Of a DNA stretch of 64,000 nt, positions 23,399 to 33,429 are shown piece by piece. The stretch is taken from positions 16,869-80,868 of the forward strand of contig JAYGFR010000103.1 of the NCBI GenBank assembly GCA_046581755.1. The letters run 5' to 3'. The number at the start of each line of letters is the position of its first letter. The stretch's first letter is position 1. Origin of the DNA: Nitrospinota bacterium. GTDB lineage: Bacteria; UBA8248. The translations under genes were made by a program, and so were the position numbers. Below the pieces are notes generated by a model. The model had not been told where the DNA came from. It did no database searches and worked only from the letters and a program-made list of their open reading frames with translations.

Positions 23399-24415
23399 TT
23401 AGAGCGTTCGGCCCGCGGCCTTCGCGAAGGGAGCGAGGTCTTTCATAAGCTGCGCGAAATTCTTGGGCTTGAGCGACTGGGGCCCATCCGACATGGCGGA
23501 GGCGGGGTCGGGATGAATCTCGATCATGAGCCCGTCCGCGCCCACGGCGACGGCGGCCTTCGACAGAGCAGGCACGAACCGCCAGACCCCCGCGGCGTGG
23601 CTCGGGTCCACCATCACCGGAAGATGGGTCTGCTCCTTCAATACGGGCACCGCGCTGATGTCGAGCGTATTGCGCAGCGCCGTCTCGAAGGTCCGGATGC
23701 CCCGTTCGCAGAGGATCACGTTGGGATTCCCCTGGCTCATGACGTATTCGGCCGACATGAGATATTCCTCGATCGTGGTGGAAAGGCCGCGCTTGAGGAA
23801 AATCGCTTTTTTCAGCTTCCCCACCTTTTTCAGCAGGGAAAAATTTTGCACGTTCCGCGCCCCGATCTGGAGAATGTCGGCATAGTCCGCGACCAGGTCG
23901 ATATCCTCGGTGTCCATCACCTCGGTCTGGATGGGCAGGCTGGTCCGGTCGCGCGCCTCGGCCAGGAGCTTGAGCCCCTCCTCGGCCATTCCCTGAAAAC
24001 TGTAGGGAGAGGTCCGGGGCTTGAAGGCGCCACCCCGGAGCACATGCCCGCCGCCGGCCTTGACCGCATCGGCCGAGGCGAAAATCTGCTCCCGGCTCTC
24101 GACCGAACAAGGCCCCGCCACGACGACGAGTTGGGGGCCGCCGAACTTGACGCCGTTCACGTCTACCACAGTGCGCTCGGGGCGCCCCTCGTTGCTCGCC
24201 AGTTGATAGGGCTTCAAAACGGGCATGACGTTCTCCACGCCCGCCAGCACCCTCAGCGCCTCCTCCATGTTCTTGCCCCGCTCATCGCCCAGGGCGGCGA
24301 TCACGGTGCGCTCGACCCCGCGCATGACGTGCTCGGTGCAGCCCAGCTCCTTGACCCGTTTGATGGCCCCCTCGATTTCTTTCTCGGTGGCCCTTTCTTT
24401 CATTACGACAATCAT
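23399..24415 (-). CDS. aroF: 3-deoxy-7-phosphoheptulonate (DAHP) synthase, type I-beta with N-terminal regulatory domain
   Basis: The sequence begins [25 protein letters not shown], an N-terminal ferredoxin-like domain, and continues [17 protein letters not shown]...[11 protein letters not shown]...PVMVDPSHA. Confidence 0.9.
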   Translation of the reverse strand: MIVVMKERATEKEIEGAIKRVKELGCTEHVMRGVERTVIAALGDERGKNMEEALRVLAGVENVMPVLKPYQLASNEGRPERTVVDVNGVKFGGPQLVVVAGPCSVESREQIFASADAVKAGGGHVLRGGAFKPRTSPYSFQGMAEEGLKLLAEARDRTSLPIQTEVMDTEDIDLVADYADILQIGARNVQNFSLLKKVGKLKKAIFLKRGLSTTIEEYLMSAEYVMSQGNPNVILCERGIRTFETALRNTLDISAVPVLKEQTHLPVMVDPSHAAGVWRFVPALSKAAVAVGADGLMIEIHPDPASAMSDGPQSLKPKNFAQLMKDLAPFAKAAGRTL

Positions 24416-24433
24416 CGTCTTCTCTCCTTGCGA

Positions 24434-24464
24434 TGAGATTTGAGATCAAAAAAAATCGCCACGG
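24434..24464 (-). terminator. intrinsic terminator for the upstream minus-strand amidohydrolase gene
   Basis: A perfect 8-bp stem (gccacggg / cccgtggc) with a 6-nt loop sits at 24443-24464. On the minus strand it is followed directly by a U8 tract, the complement of aaaaaaaa at 24435-24442. Confidence 0.45.
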
Positions 24465-24738
24465 GCCGGGCCCCGTGGCTGATTGAATAATTTGCGTCGC
24501 CGGGGCGGATCGGCATGTCCCCCCGCCGCCGCCCGGGGTGGATCAACCGGAGCCGGCGCGCGGGCGGACGGGGGTAAAGCCGAAATAGAATCGCCCCCTC
24601 CACCATCCAGCCTGAACCGGCATCTCGCGCATGACCCAAAACCCCTTCAAAAACCGTCCGAAACGAGGCTGAAACCTACCTCCGCCCGCCCCGCCCGTCA
24701 AGCCGGGAAGCGGGCCAGGGACCCGCTCCGGACCCTTA

Positions 24739-26061
24739 TTAAGAGACCCTTCGGAGCCGCCGCCGATTCTTACCACTGGGGCGGAGCGCCTCTCCGCCGA
24801 GGACGACGCATACCGCTTCGAGCATCCGCCCGCCCCGCCGATGGGCACCCTCCGAGTCGGTGAACCGGAACCTCCCCTCCCTCATCCGCAGCACCGCCAC
24901 ATCCCCCCGCGCGCCGGGCCGGAGGGTTCCGATCTCGCCCTCCATCCCGAGCCAAGCCGCCGCCGTCTGGGTGCTCAGGCGCACCACCTGGCCGAGCGAA
25001 AAGCCCAGCGCCAGGAACTTGCTCATCAGGTTCGGAAAATCATAGACGGGCCCGTCGATGCAATGGGTGTGAAGATCCGTGCTCAGGTTGCCGGGCATGA
25101 GCCCCTGGGCCATCGCGGCATCGAGCGTATCGAAACTGAAACTCGCCCGCCCGTGGGCAACGTCGAGGAGGATTCCCCGGTCCCGCGCCTCCCATACCGC
25201 CCGGCGGACCCGCCCCCGCCGATCGAGGATGCCCTCGGCCCTTCCGTGAAAGGCGTGGGTGAGGACATCGCCCGGGCGGAGCTTTTTGAGGATCTTGGGC
25301 AGCGAGTCGGGCGTGTCGCCCACATGCACCATGAGAGGCACCCTCAGGGCCCTTGAGGCATCGAGGGCGGCATCGAGCGGCCTGCCCCCGCTGCGCTCGA
25401 CCACGTTCCGGCTCAGGCGGACTTTCATGCCGAGGAGAATGTCCCGGTTCCTCCCATAACACTCCACCGCGTCCTCCACCCGGAGCGCCCGCATGTCCAC
25501 GTTCTCCCCCAGCCCGTCGATGAGGAGGCCGCCCGCCGAGATGTTGAGAAACGCGCGAGTGGTCATCCGCGCCGGATCGAGGAATCCGCTCCTGAAAGTG
25601 GAGAACGTCTGGGAGCCCGCGCTGCCGGTGTCCACCGCCGCCGTCACCCCGCGCGCGAGCATGGACGCCTCGAGGTTCATCCCGTAGTGGCTCACCCCCT
25701 CGAAGAAATGACAGTGCAAATCGACGAGACCGGGCGTGACGATCCGCCCCCGCGCGTTCAGCGTGGGCCTTCCGCGCGGCTCGATGCGGGGCGCGATGCG
25801 GCGGACGCAGCCCGCGCGAATCTCCACGTCCATCGTCCCCTCGAGGTCCTGGGAGGGATCGACCACATAGCCGCCTCGAATGATCAGATCGGACACGGCA
25901 CACTCCCCCGGTTCGAATTTCCGGCTCTGGAAATCGCCACTTTGAAACCCGCCGTTTTTGTAGATCCCCACAAAGCCTACTTCGCCTCCCGGCGCCGGGC
26001 AAACCCGTCCGCCCGCATTGACAGTGCGAAGCTCCCCGGAGGAACATGGCTCCCAATCCAT
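24739..26061 (-). CDS. amidohydrolase-family metal-dependent hydrolase
   Basis: The sequence contains VSDLIIRGGYVVDP...GLVDLHCHFFEG...LMVHVGDTPD...LLDVAHGRASFSF. The start is uncertain: the ORF track extends to 26229, and MDWEP at 26061 is one candidate. Confidence 0.65.
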   Translation of the reverse strand: MDWEPCSSGELRTVNAGGRVCPAPGGEVGFVGIYKNGGFQSGDFQSRKFEPGECAVSDLIIRGGYVVDPSQDLEGTMDVEIRAGCVRRIAPRIEPRGRPTLNARGRIVTPGLVDLHCHFFEGVSHYGMNLEASMLARGVTAAVDTGSAGSQTFSTFRSGFLDPARMTTRAFLNISAGGLLIDGLGENVDMRALRVEDAVECYGRNRDILLGMKVRLSRNVVERSGGRPLDAALDASRALRVPLMVHVGDTPDSLPKILKKLRPGDVLTHAFHGRAEGILDRRGRVRRAVWEARDRGILLDVAHGRASFSFDTLDAAMAQGLMPGNLSTDLHTHCIDGPVYDFPNLMSKFLALGFSLGQVVRLSTQTAAAWLGMEGEIGTLRPGARGDVAVLRMREGRFRFTDSEGAHRRGGRMLEAVCVVLGGEALRPSGKNRRRLRRVS

Positions 26062-26083
26062 TTCCTTTTCGACGGAGCGAGAA

Positions 26084-27256
26084 ATGACGCCGCAGACCGA
26101 AACCCCCCTGCCCTTCGACCTCACCGAGCCCCAGCAAATGCTCCGCAAGATGGTGCGCGAACTGACCGAGCGCCACATCGCTCCCCGGGCCGCCGAGATC
26201 GACGAGCGGGACGAATACCCCGAGGACATCTACCAGCTCCTCAAGGATCACGGGCTCCTTGGCATATTCTTTCCCGAGGAATACGGCGGCGGGGGCATGG
26301 GGTTTTTCGGCGGCTGCATCGCCGTCGAGGAGATCGCCCGCTTCTGCTCGAACAGCCTCATCCCCATCGTCCTCAACATGCTCGCGAGCCGCGTCATCGA
26401 CCTGAGCGGAACCGAGGAGCAGAAAAAACACTACATGACCGGTCTCGCCAAGGGCGAGCTCCGGGGCTCCTACGCCCTCACCGAGCCCCATGCCGGCTCC
26501 GACGCCGGGAACATCCGCACCCGCGCTGACCTCGAGGGGGAGGAATGGGTGATCAACGGGCAAAAGGCCTTCTGCACCGGCCCCGACAAGGCGGACTTCA
26601 TCACCGTGGCCGCCAAGACGGACCCCTCGGCGGGAACGCGGGGGATCACCTACTTCATCGTGCCCACCGACACCCCCGGCTTCAGCGTCGGCCGCCACGA
26701 GCGGAAGATGGGCATGCGGGGCGTTTCCACCTGCGAGCTGATTTTCGAGAACGTGGCCATCCCCAAGGAGAACCAGGTCGGCGAGGTGAACCGGGGCTTC
26801 AAGACCGCCATGATCGGTTTTAACCAGATGCGCCCGGTCATCGGCGCGCGCGCGGTGGGCCTGGCCCAGGGCTGCCTCGACTACTCCCTCGGCTACGCCA
26901 AGGAGCGCGAGGCCTTCGGGGTACCCATCGCCCAGCACCAGGCCGTCCAGTTCATGCTCGCCGACATGTTCCTCGACATCGAGGCCGCGCGGCTGCTCGT
27001 CTACCGGGCGGCGGCGCTGGTGGACGCGGGGAAGATCGGAAAAGAGAACGCCCGCTACTTCTCGGCCGCCAAGACCTTCGCCGCCGACATGGCCATGAAG
27101 GTGGCCATCGACAGCATCCAGGTCCTCGGCGGGGCGGGCTACATGAAAGACCACCCGCTCGAGCGCTTCATGCGCGACGCCAAACAGATTCAAATCGTCG
27201 AGGGCACCAGCCAGATTCAGCGCATCATCATCGCCCGCAACCTGCTGGACTTGTGA
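26084..27256 (+). CDS. acyl-CoA dehydrogenase
   Basis: The sequence reads MTPQTETPLPFDLTEPQQMLRKMVRELTERHIAPRAAEIDERDEYPEDIYQLL...YALTEPHAGSDAG...IVEGTSQIQRIIIAR. Confidence 0.9.
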   Translation: MTPQTETPLPFDLTEPQQMLRKMVRELTERHIAPRAAEIDERDEYPEDIYQLLKDHGLLGIFFPEEYGGGGMGFFGGCIAVEEIARFCSNSLIPIVLNMLASRVIDLSGTEEQKKHYMTGLAKGELRGSYALTEPHAGSDAGNIRTRADLEGEEWVINGQKAFCTGPDKADFITVAAKTDPSAGTRGITYFIVPTDTPGFSVGRHERKMGMRGVSTCELIFENVAIPKENQVGEVNRGFKTAMIGFNQMRPVIGARAVGLAQGCLDYSLGYAKEREAFGVPIAQHQAVQFMLADMFLDIEAARLLVYRAAALVDAGKIGKENARYFSAAKTFAADMAMKVAIDSIQVLGGAGYMKDHPLERFMRDAKQIQIVEGTSQIQRIIIARNLLDL

Positions 27257-27422
27257 CCGGTACGGCGTTTTCTCTCTCCGCCTCGTTGCCCCGGGTTTCC
27301 CCTCCGTGCTAGATTCCCACTCGGATATCGTTCGGCGGGCGGGCCCTCTCCGGCCCCTTTCCGATCCGCCGCCGCTGGCCGGCGGCTTTGCTTTCAACGA
27401 ATCTATACTCGGGGGAATCGGG

Positions 27423-27815
27423 GTGCCCAAAGAGCAAATCGTCCCGGAAACGGTAAAACCCGTCGCGGCCTATTCCACCGGATTCAAGGTCTCGGGCGGG
27501 AGCCTCATCATGCTCGCGGGCATGGTCTCGGCCGACACCGAGGGCAACACGGTCGGCGAGGGCGACATCGGCGCCCAGACCCAGAAGGTGTTCGACAATA
27601 TCCGGGAAACGCTCGAGGCCGCCGGCGCGGGCTTGAAGGACATCATCCGCCTCACGGTCTACCTGACCGACCGGGCGGACTTTCCGGGCCACATGAAAGT
27701 GCGCTCGGGGCTCCTCACCGAGCCCTACCCGGCGAGCACCCTGCTGATCATCAGCGGCCTCGCCAGGCCCGAGTGGCTTGTCGAGATCGATACCGTCGCC
27801 TTCATCGAGGATTAA
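27423..27815 (+). CDS. RidA/YjgF-family reactive-intermediate deaminase
   Basis: The sequence reads VKPVAAYSTGFKVSGGSLIMLAGMVS...IIRLTVYLTDRADF...PASTLLIISGLARPEWLVEIDTVAF. A GTG start at 27423 is proposed; the ORF track opens at 27306. Confidence 0.7.
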   Translation: MPKEQIVPETVKPVAAYSTGFKVSGGSLIMLAGMVSADTEGNTVGEGDIGAQTQKVFDNIRETLEAAGAGLKDIIRLTVYLTDRADFPGHMKVRSGLLTEPYPASTLLIISGLARPEWLVEIDTVAFIED

Positions 27816-27824
27816 CCGCAGGCC

Positions 27825-28691
27825 ATGAACGCTCAGAGCCAGGACCGCTCCCCGCGCGAGGCCCTCGTCATCGTCAAGGGCGCAGGCGATCTCGCCACCG
27901 GCATCATTCACCGCCTGTGGCGGAGCGGGTTTCCGGTCATCGCCACCGAGATTGAAAACCCCACCATGGTGCGGCGGACGGTCTCTTTCGCCGAGTGTCT
28001 CTACGCGGGGCGCCACACCGTCGAAGGCGTGGCGACCGAGCGCGCTGAGGGCGCCACGGTGGCCGAGAAACTCGCGTCCGCCAGAAAACTCCTCGATACG
28101 GGAACCCTGCCCGTCGTCATCGACCCGGGCGCGGAGATCGTCCCCCTCGCGCGGCCGGCCGCCCTGGTGGACGCCATCATCGCCAAGCGGAACCTGGGGA
28201 CCCGGATCGATCAGGCCGAGGCGGTGATCGGAATTGGGCCCGGCTTTACCGCCGGGGTGGACGCGCACGCCGTCATCGAGACCGCCCGCGGGCACGATAT
28301 CGGCCGGGTCATCCTCGATGGAGGGGCCGAGCCCAACACGGGCGTTCCGGGCCCGATCGGGGGCTACACGGTGGAGCGGCTTTTGCGCGCTCCGGCGGCG
28401 GGCGCCTTCGAGCCGCGCACGGCCATCGGCGATGCGGTCCGGGCGGGCGATGTCGTTGCGGTGGTGGGCGGCGCCGAGGTGAAGGCCGGGATCGACGGGG
28501 TTCTCAGGGGGCTTCTCCGCGAGGGAATCGAGGTCACCGAAGGTTTTAAGGTGGGCGACGTGGACCCGCGCGCGAAGACCTCGCACTGCCATACGATATC
28601 GGATAAATCGCGCGCCATCGGGGGCGGAGCTCTCGAGGCCATCATGATGTTTCTTTTTGGGGTGGAAACCGCCGCGGAGCAAACGCATTGA
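27825..28691 (+). CDS. YqeB-like (XdhC-C-like Rossmann) molybdenum-hydroxylase system accessory protein
   Basis: The N-terminus LVIVKGAGDLATGIIHRLWRSGFPVIATEIENP matches the motif remembered for the selenium-dependent molybdenum hydroxylase YqeB family. Identification rests on recalled motifs only. Confidence 0.55.
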   Translation: MNAQSQDRSPREALVIVKGAGDLATGIIHRLWRSGFPVIATEIENPTMVRRTVSFAECLYAGRHTVEGVATERAEGATVAEKLASARKLLDTGTLPVVIDPGAEIVPLARPAALVDAIIAKRNLGTRIDQAEAVIGIGPGFTAGVDAHAVIETARGHDIGRVILDGGAEPNTGVPGPIGGYTVERLLRAPAAGAFEPRTAIGDAVRAGDVVAVVGGAEVKAGIDGVLRGLLREGIEVTEGFKVGDVDPRAKTSHCHTISDKSRAIGGGALEAIMMFLFGVETAAEQTH

Positions 28692-29575
28692 GCATCGAGA
28701 CCTTTACCGAAGTCGTCGAAAACGGGACCTACCGGATCGGGCGGAGCGTCATTTCGATCAACCATGAGAACGAGGACAATCCGTTCGTCCCCGGCCCGCA
28801 GTTCTACATTTCCGCCGGGAACTCGCTTGAGCGGATATCCTGGGCGGTCAGCCAGAGTCTGCCCGTCCTCCTGGTGGGCGAAACCGGGGTGGGCAAAACG
28901 CTCTCGATCCGCCATCTGGCCCACATGACCCGGAACGGCTTCCGCCGCGTCAACCTGAACGGGATGACCACGGTGGACGAGTTCGTCGGCAAGCTCATGA
29001 TCAACGAAAAGGGCACCTACTGGATCAACGGCATCCTGATCGAGGCGATGGAGGCCGGCGACTGGCTTCTCATCGACGAGATCAACGCCTGCCTGCCCGA
29101 GATCGCCTTTTGTCTCCACAGCCTGCTCGACGACGACCGGATGATCGTCCTCTCGGAGTACGACGGGCGGATCGTGCGCCCCCACCCGGATTTCCGCCTC
29201 TTCGCCAGCATGAACCCGAACGAAAACCGCCGCTACGGCGGAACGAAACCGCTCAACGAGGCTCTGCTCGACCGCTTTCCGCTCACCCTGAAGATGGACT
29301 ACCTCCCCTTCGACGCGGAGGTCGAGGTGACCATGCACCAGAGCGGAAACGAAGACCGGGCGCTTGTCGAGCGGATGGTCCGGGTGGCGCAGGATGTCCG
29401 CGAGGCCATGGAAAACGAGAAAATATTCTCCACCTTCAGCACCCGGAGGCTCATCGACTGGGCGCGCATGGCCGCGCAGTTCGATCCGATGGAAGCCGCC
29501 ACCTCGACCATCTTCAGCAAGGTCAATCCGTTCGATGCGAAGGTGATCGAGGACATCCTCGACAACCACTTTTAG
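28688..29575 (+). CDS. AAA_5 (MoxR / CbbQ / CoxD / CobS-like) ATPase
   Basis: A Walker A motif is present as LLVGETGVGKTL and Walker B as LLIDEINACLPEI. It has a sensor region and is about 295 aa long. Confidence 0.75.
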   Translation: MSIETFTEVVENGTYRIGRSVISINHENEDNPFVPGPQFYISAGNSLERISWAVSQSLPVLLVGETGVGKTLSIRHLAHMTRNGFRRVNLNGMTTVDEFVGKLMINEKGTYWINGILIEAMEAGDWLLIDEINACLPEIAFCLHSLLDDDRMIVLSEYDGRIVRPHPDFRLFASMNPNENRRYGGTKPLNEALLDRFPLTLKMDYLPFDAEVEVTMHQSGNEDRALVERMVRVAQDVREAMENEKIFSTFSTRRLIDWARMAAQFDPMEAATSTIFSKVNPFDAKVIEDILDNHF

Positions 29576-29587
29576 GCAGGCCACGGC

Positions 29588-31360
29588 ATGGAACCCCGCC
29601 GAAACCGCCTCGAAATCCTGGCCCAGGTCGCCGCGCACGACTACGAACTCGATCTGCGCTACGGCGACACCGGCCGCCAGGAAAAGAAAACCATCCATAT
29701 CGAAGACCCGGAGCGCACCCTCGATCGGCTCAGGGGCGAGCTGAGCGATGCGCACGTCATCCGCTACCAGAAGGGAATGACCCTCATCGAGGTGGCCCAC
29801 CGCCTGGAGGGGACGCTTCGCTGGGCCCTCCGGGCCGCCCGGGCCAGCCGCGAGCGTCCGGGCCTGTTTCAAATCTGGCACGCCGTCGAGGATGCACGCT
29901 GCGAGAACCGCCTGGCGGCCACGCTTCCGGGGACGCGCAAGAATTTCATCGAGTTCATCCGCCCGGCCCTGAAGGAGGCGGAAATTCTCCACGCCCGGGG
30001 CGAGCTCTCGCTTTTCTTCCAGGTCCAGTGGGGGCTCTACCTGATCGGGCAGGGAATCGAGCCGGGGACGCGCGCGCCGGAGCCCAGCCATTTCGACACC
30101 CTCTGGCTGGAGCCCGGTGTCCTCGAATTCTTGGACGAGCTGAGACCCCTCGCCGTGCGGGCCGGCCAGGCCGATGGCCCGGCCGAGGCGTTCGAGTGCG
30201 CCGAGGCGCTCTACGCCGCCATCCGCGAGCGCCTGCCCGAGGAGCTTCTCTCCGAGGCCCTGCAGGATCTCCCTATCCCCGATATCCCCGAGGAGGTGCT
30301 TGAGAGGGCGGAGAATCAAGAAACCGCCGGCGCGGAGGGAGAGATGGAGGAAACCTTCGCCGCCGACCTGTCGGACACGGACGCCGAAATCGACGAAGAG
30401 GCCTTCGAGCTCACCGAGGAGGAGCTTTCCGCGCTCGGCCACTGGGCCAGCCCCTGGTTCGAGTTCAAGGGCCACTCGAAGGATATCCATCCCTCGGCGG
30501 TCCGCTCGGACGAGGGCACGATATTCATCCCGCCCGAGGGGAAATCCGAGGAATACCAGGCGATCGTCAATAACGCGAGCAGCCAGATCAAGGTGCTCGC
30601 CCTGAAACTGATGCAAATCATCCAGGAGCGGCGCTACACCCGCTACAGCGGCTCGTTCCGCTCCGGAAAACTCAACACCCCCAAGCTGTGGAAGCAGCGC
30701 CTCGGGAAATACCACCTCTTCCTCCGCCGCGAGAACCCCGAGCGCCTCGACATCTGCTTTACCCTGCTGGTGGACGAGAGCGGCAGCATGAACCGCGAGT
30801 CGAAATACCTGGCCGCGCGCGAGGCCACCGTCTTCTTCGCCGAGGTGCTCGACCGGGTGGAGGTCCCCTTCGAGGTCATCGGCTACTCGACCGAAAGCTC
30901 CGAGGCGGCGATGGCCGCTTCGCTGGGCCACGTGCCGGCCTTCAAATACCGCCACATCCGCCACTCCCCGCTCCAGCACAGAATTTACAAGGGCTTCGAC
31001 GAGCCGTTTCAAGGCGCCAAGAACCGGCTCGTGAACATCCACCCCCGGTTCAACAACTGGGACGAGGAGCACCTTCAGTTCGCATACCGGCGGCTCCTCG
31101 GGAGGAGCGAAGCCGAGAAGGTCATCATCATCACCTCGGACGGCCAGCCCAACGGCGATGCGAGCCATCTGGTCGAAACGGTCCACCGCCTTGAAAAACT
31201 CGGCGTCCGCATCATCGGCGTCGGCGTGGTCGATCCCTTCGTCGAGCAGATTTACCCCAACTTCATCGTCGTCAAGCATCTCGATCAGCTTGCCGAGGAG
31301 CTGGTGGAGATTCTCCGCAGCGAGCTTCTCCGGAGCGGAAGGGGTGGCCGGGCCTCGTGA
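29588..31360 (+). CDS. VWA-domain protein (CoxE / CobT / NorD-like partner of the AAA_5 ATPase)
   Basis: It has an acidic central stretch and a C-terminal VWA domain whose MIDAS motif reads LLVDESGSM ... IIITSDGQPN. Confidence 0.75.
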   Translation: MEPRRNRLEILAQVAAHDYELDLRYGDTGRQEKKTIHIEDPERTLDRLRGELSDAHVIRYQKGMTLIEVAHRLEGTLRWALRAARASRERPGLFQIWHAVEDARCENRLAATLPGTRKNFIEFIRPALKEAEILHARGELSLFFQVQWGLYLIGQGIEPGTRAPEPSHFDTLWLEPGVLEFLDELRPLAVRAGQADGPAEAFECAEALYAAIRERLPEELLSEALQDLPIPDIPEEVLERAENQETAGAEGEMEETFAADLSDTDAEIDEEAFELTEEELSALGHWASPWFEFKGHSKDIHPSAVRSDEGTIFIPPEGKSEEYQAIVNNASSQIKVLALKLMQIIQERRYTRYSGSFRSGKLNTPKLWKQRLGKYHLFLRRENPERLDICFTLLVDESGSMNRESKYLAAREATVFFAEVLDRVEVPFEVIGYSTESSEAAMAASLGHVPAFKYRHIRHSPLQHRIYKGFDEPFQGAKNRLVNIHPRFNNWDEEHLQFAYRRLLGRSEAEKVIIITSDGQPNGDASHLVETVHRLEKLGVRIIGVGVVDPFVEQIYPNFIVVKHLDQLAEELVEILRSELLRSGRGGRAS

Positions 31361-32175
31361 GCGCCGGCGCGCTGTCCGGGGCCATCGGGCTCGGGCCCGG
31401 CCAGATTCTCGCGGCCGCCGGGGGCGGGGGTAAGACCAGCCTGCTCCGGGCGCTTGGAGAGGAATGCCACGCCGCCGGGATGCGCCCGGCCATCCTCACC
31501 CCCACCACCCACTTTTTCTCCCCCGAGCCGGCCGGGGAGGCCCCCCTTTTCCTGGGAGAGGTGGAAGCGGTGGACGCCCGCCTCCGCGAATACGGCGGGG
31601 AGTGGCCGGGCCCCCTCACGCTGGCCCGGCGGCGGACGGGGGAATCCCCCGTACCGGGGACGCCGGGCGAGAGGCGGATGAAGATGGGGGGGTATCGCGC
31701 CGATGAGATCGAACGCCTCCGCCGGCCGGGCGGTGTCGTCCTCGTGGAGGCGGACGGCGCGCGCGGGCTTCCGATCAAGGCGCCCGGACCGGACGAGCCG
31801 GTGATTCCGCCCGGGGCGGACATCGTCCTCGGGGTGGTGGGTCTGGATGCGCTCGGGGGGCCGATTGACGAAGCCCATGCCTTCCGCCCGGAAATCCTCT
31901 CTTCCCTGACCGGCCTCCCGCTCGGCGCTCCGGTGGATGCCGCGGCCATCGGCTGCCTCGCCGCCCACCCCGAGGGGCTGTTCCGGGGCGCCCCGAAATC
32001 CGCCCGGCGGGTCCTGATATGCAACAAATCCGACCGGATCGGGCGGATGGAAAAACCGGAGCAAATCGGTTATATTATTGCGGAAATTGCATGTGCCCCG
32101 AACGGGCCGGCGGATCTGCTTCTTTTTACAGCATGCCTTCCGTCCGGCCTCCGGGTGGGGCGGCCGGTTCCATAA
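31357..32175 (+). CDS. YqeC-like P-loop accessory protein (putative selenium-dependent molybdenum hydroxylase maturation)
   Basis: A P-loop GGGGKTS sits near the N-terminus (ILAAAGGGGKTSLLRAL). The protein is about 270 aa, as in the YqeC family, and lies adjacent to the YqeB-like and XdhC genes. Confidence 0.55.
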   Translation: MSAGALSGAIGLGPGQILAAAGGGGKTSLLRALGEECHAAGMRPAILTPTTHFFSPEPAGEAPLFLGEVEAVDARLREYGGEWPGPLTLARRRTGESPVPGTPGERRMKMGGYRADEIERLRRPGGVVLVEADGARGLPIKAPGPDEPVIPPGADIVLGVVGLDALGGPIDEAHAFRPEILSSLTGLPLGAPVDAAAIGCLAAHPEGLFRGAPKSARRVLICNKSDRIGRMEKPEQIGYIIAEIACAPNGPADLLLFTACLPSGLRVGRPVP

Positions 32176-32243
32176 ACGGTGAAAAATCGACGGACCGATA
32201 AATGCGCCGCCGAACGCGGGGGCGAGAAAAGGACCAATCGGAA

Positions 32244-33392
32244 ATGAGCAAAGACGTTTTTAAGGAAATGTCCGAGTTGAAGGAAAAAGGAACCCGCGGC
32301 GCCATCGCCACGGTCGTATCGAGGAAGGGCTCCGCTCCCATGAGCGGGGACGCCAAGATGCTCGTCCGCGAGGACGGAAGCACGATGGGAACCGTGGGCG
32401 GCGGATGCCTCGAGGCCGAGGTCTGGCAGACGGCGATGAACATCATCGAGGATGGCAGCCCGGAAAAGGTCTCCTTCGACCTGACCGCCGACGAGGCCGG
32501 GGACAGCGGTCACATCTGCGGCGGAACGGTGGAAATCTTCATCGAGCCCTTCGACGCCTACGATCCCGGCCTCCTCGCCGAGATCCTCGATGTCCGGAAC
32601 CGTGGCCAAAGCGCCGTTCTGGCCACGGTGGTTCAGGTGGGGAGCGGGAAGGAATCCTCTCCCGATCAAAGGAAAATGCTAGTGAAGAGGAGCGGGACCA
32701 TGATTGGCGAAATCCCCGATTTCGCCGCCGAGATATGGCGTGAAAGCGGCCAGATCATGCGCCAGGGTCAGCCCTCACTGATGCAGTTTTGGGCCGGGGA
32801 CGATCGCCCGGGGGCCAAGCGCCGCTCCGCCGGGGATGCGACAGAAATTTTCGTGGAGCCGATCACGGCCCAGCCGCTGGTCTACCTGTTCGGCGGCGGG
32901 CACGTCTCCTACTGCGTGGCGCTGGCCGCCCAGATGGCCGGGTTCCGGATCGCCGTCGTCGAGGACCGGCCCAGCTTCGCCAACAAGGAACGGTTCCCGA
33001 TGGCGGAATCGTTCTATGTGGGCGAGCATCCCGCCATTTTCGACGAAATCCCGGTGGACGAATCCAACTACCTCACCATCATCACCCGCGGCCATGCAAA
33101 TGACGAGATCATCCTGGAGTGGGCGCTCAAGACCCCGGCCCGCTACATCGGCATGATCGGCTCAAAGAGCAAGGTTCTGCTGACCTACCGCCACCTGCGG
33201 GACAAGGGCTTCGACATGGACGAGATCATCCGCCGCGTCCATGCCCCCATCGGTCTCGACATCGGCGCCGACTCTCCCGGCGAGATAGGAATTTCCATCG
33301 CGGCCGAGTTCATCCGCCTCCGGCGCCAGGGGGAGGAAGCCATGCAGGACGCCCTTTCCAGCAAGAAAATCAACCTTCGGAAAAAATCTTGA
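32244..33392 (+). CDS. xdhC: XdhC / CoxF-family molybdenum cofactor insertion protein
   Basis: It has an XdhC_CoxI N-terminal domain (GAIATVVSRKGSAPMSGDAKMLV...GTVGGGCLEAEV) and an XdhC Rossmann C-terminus (LVYLFGGGHVSYCVALAAQMAGFRIAVVEDRP). Confidence 0.8.
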   Translation: MSKDVFKEMSELKEKGTRGAIATVVSRKGSAPMSGDAKMLVREDGSTMGTVGGGCLEAEVWQTAMNIIEDGSPEKVSFDLTADEAGDSGHICGGTVEIFIEPFDAYDPGLLAEILDVRNRGQSAVLATVVQVGSGKESSPDQRKMLVKRSGTMIGEIPDFAAEIWRESGQIMRQGQPSLMQFWAGDDRPGAKRRSAGDATEIFVEPITAQPLVYLFGGGHVSYCVALAAQMAGFRIAVVEDRPSFANKERFPMAESFYVGEHPAIFDEIPVDESNYLTIITRGHANDEIILEWALKTPARYIGMIGSKSKVLLTYRHLRDKGFDMDEIIRRVHAPIGLDIGADSPGEIGISIAAEFIRLRRQGEEAMQDALSSKKINLRKKS

Positions 33393-33429
33393 CCGGAGCG
33401 GGCTTCCCCCGCCCCGCGGCCGTCCCGCC

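Noticed and set aside
25040-27430. 796-aa ORF on the minus strand
   Set aside because: It is antisense to the well-supported acyl-CoA dehydrogenase and amidohydrolase genes. Its Arg/Gly/Pro-rich low-complexity translation is typical of spurious ORFs in high-GC DNA.
28364-31279. 971-aa minus-strand ORF
   Set aside because: It is antisense to the AAA_5 / VWA genes and its translation is low-complexity with no recognisable motifs.
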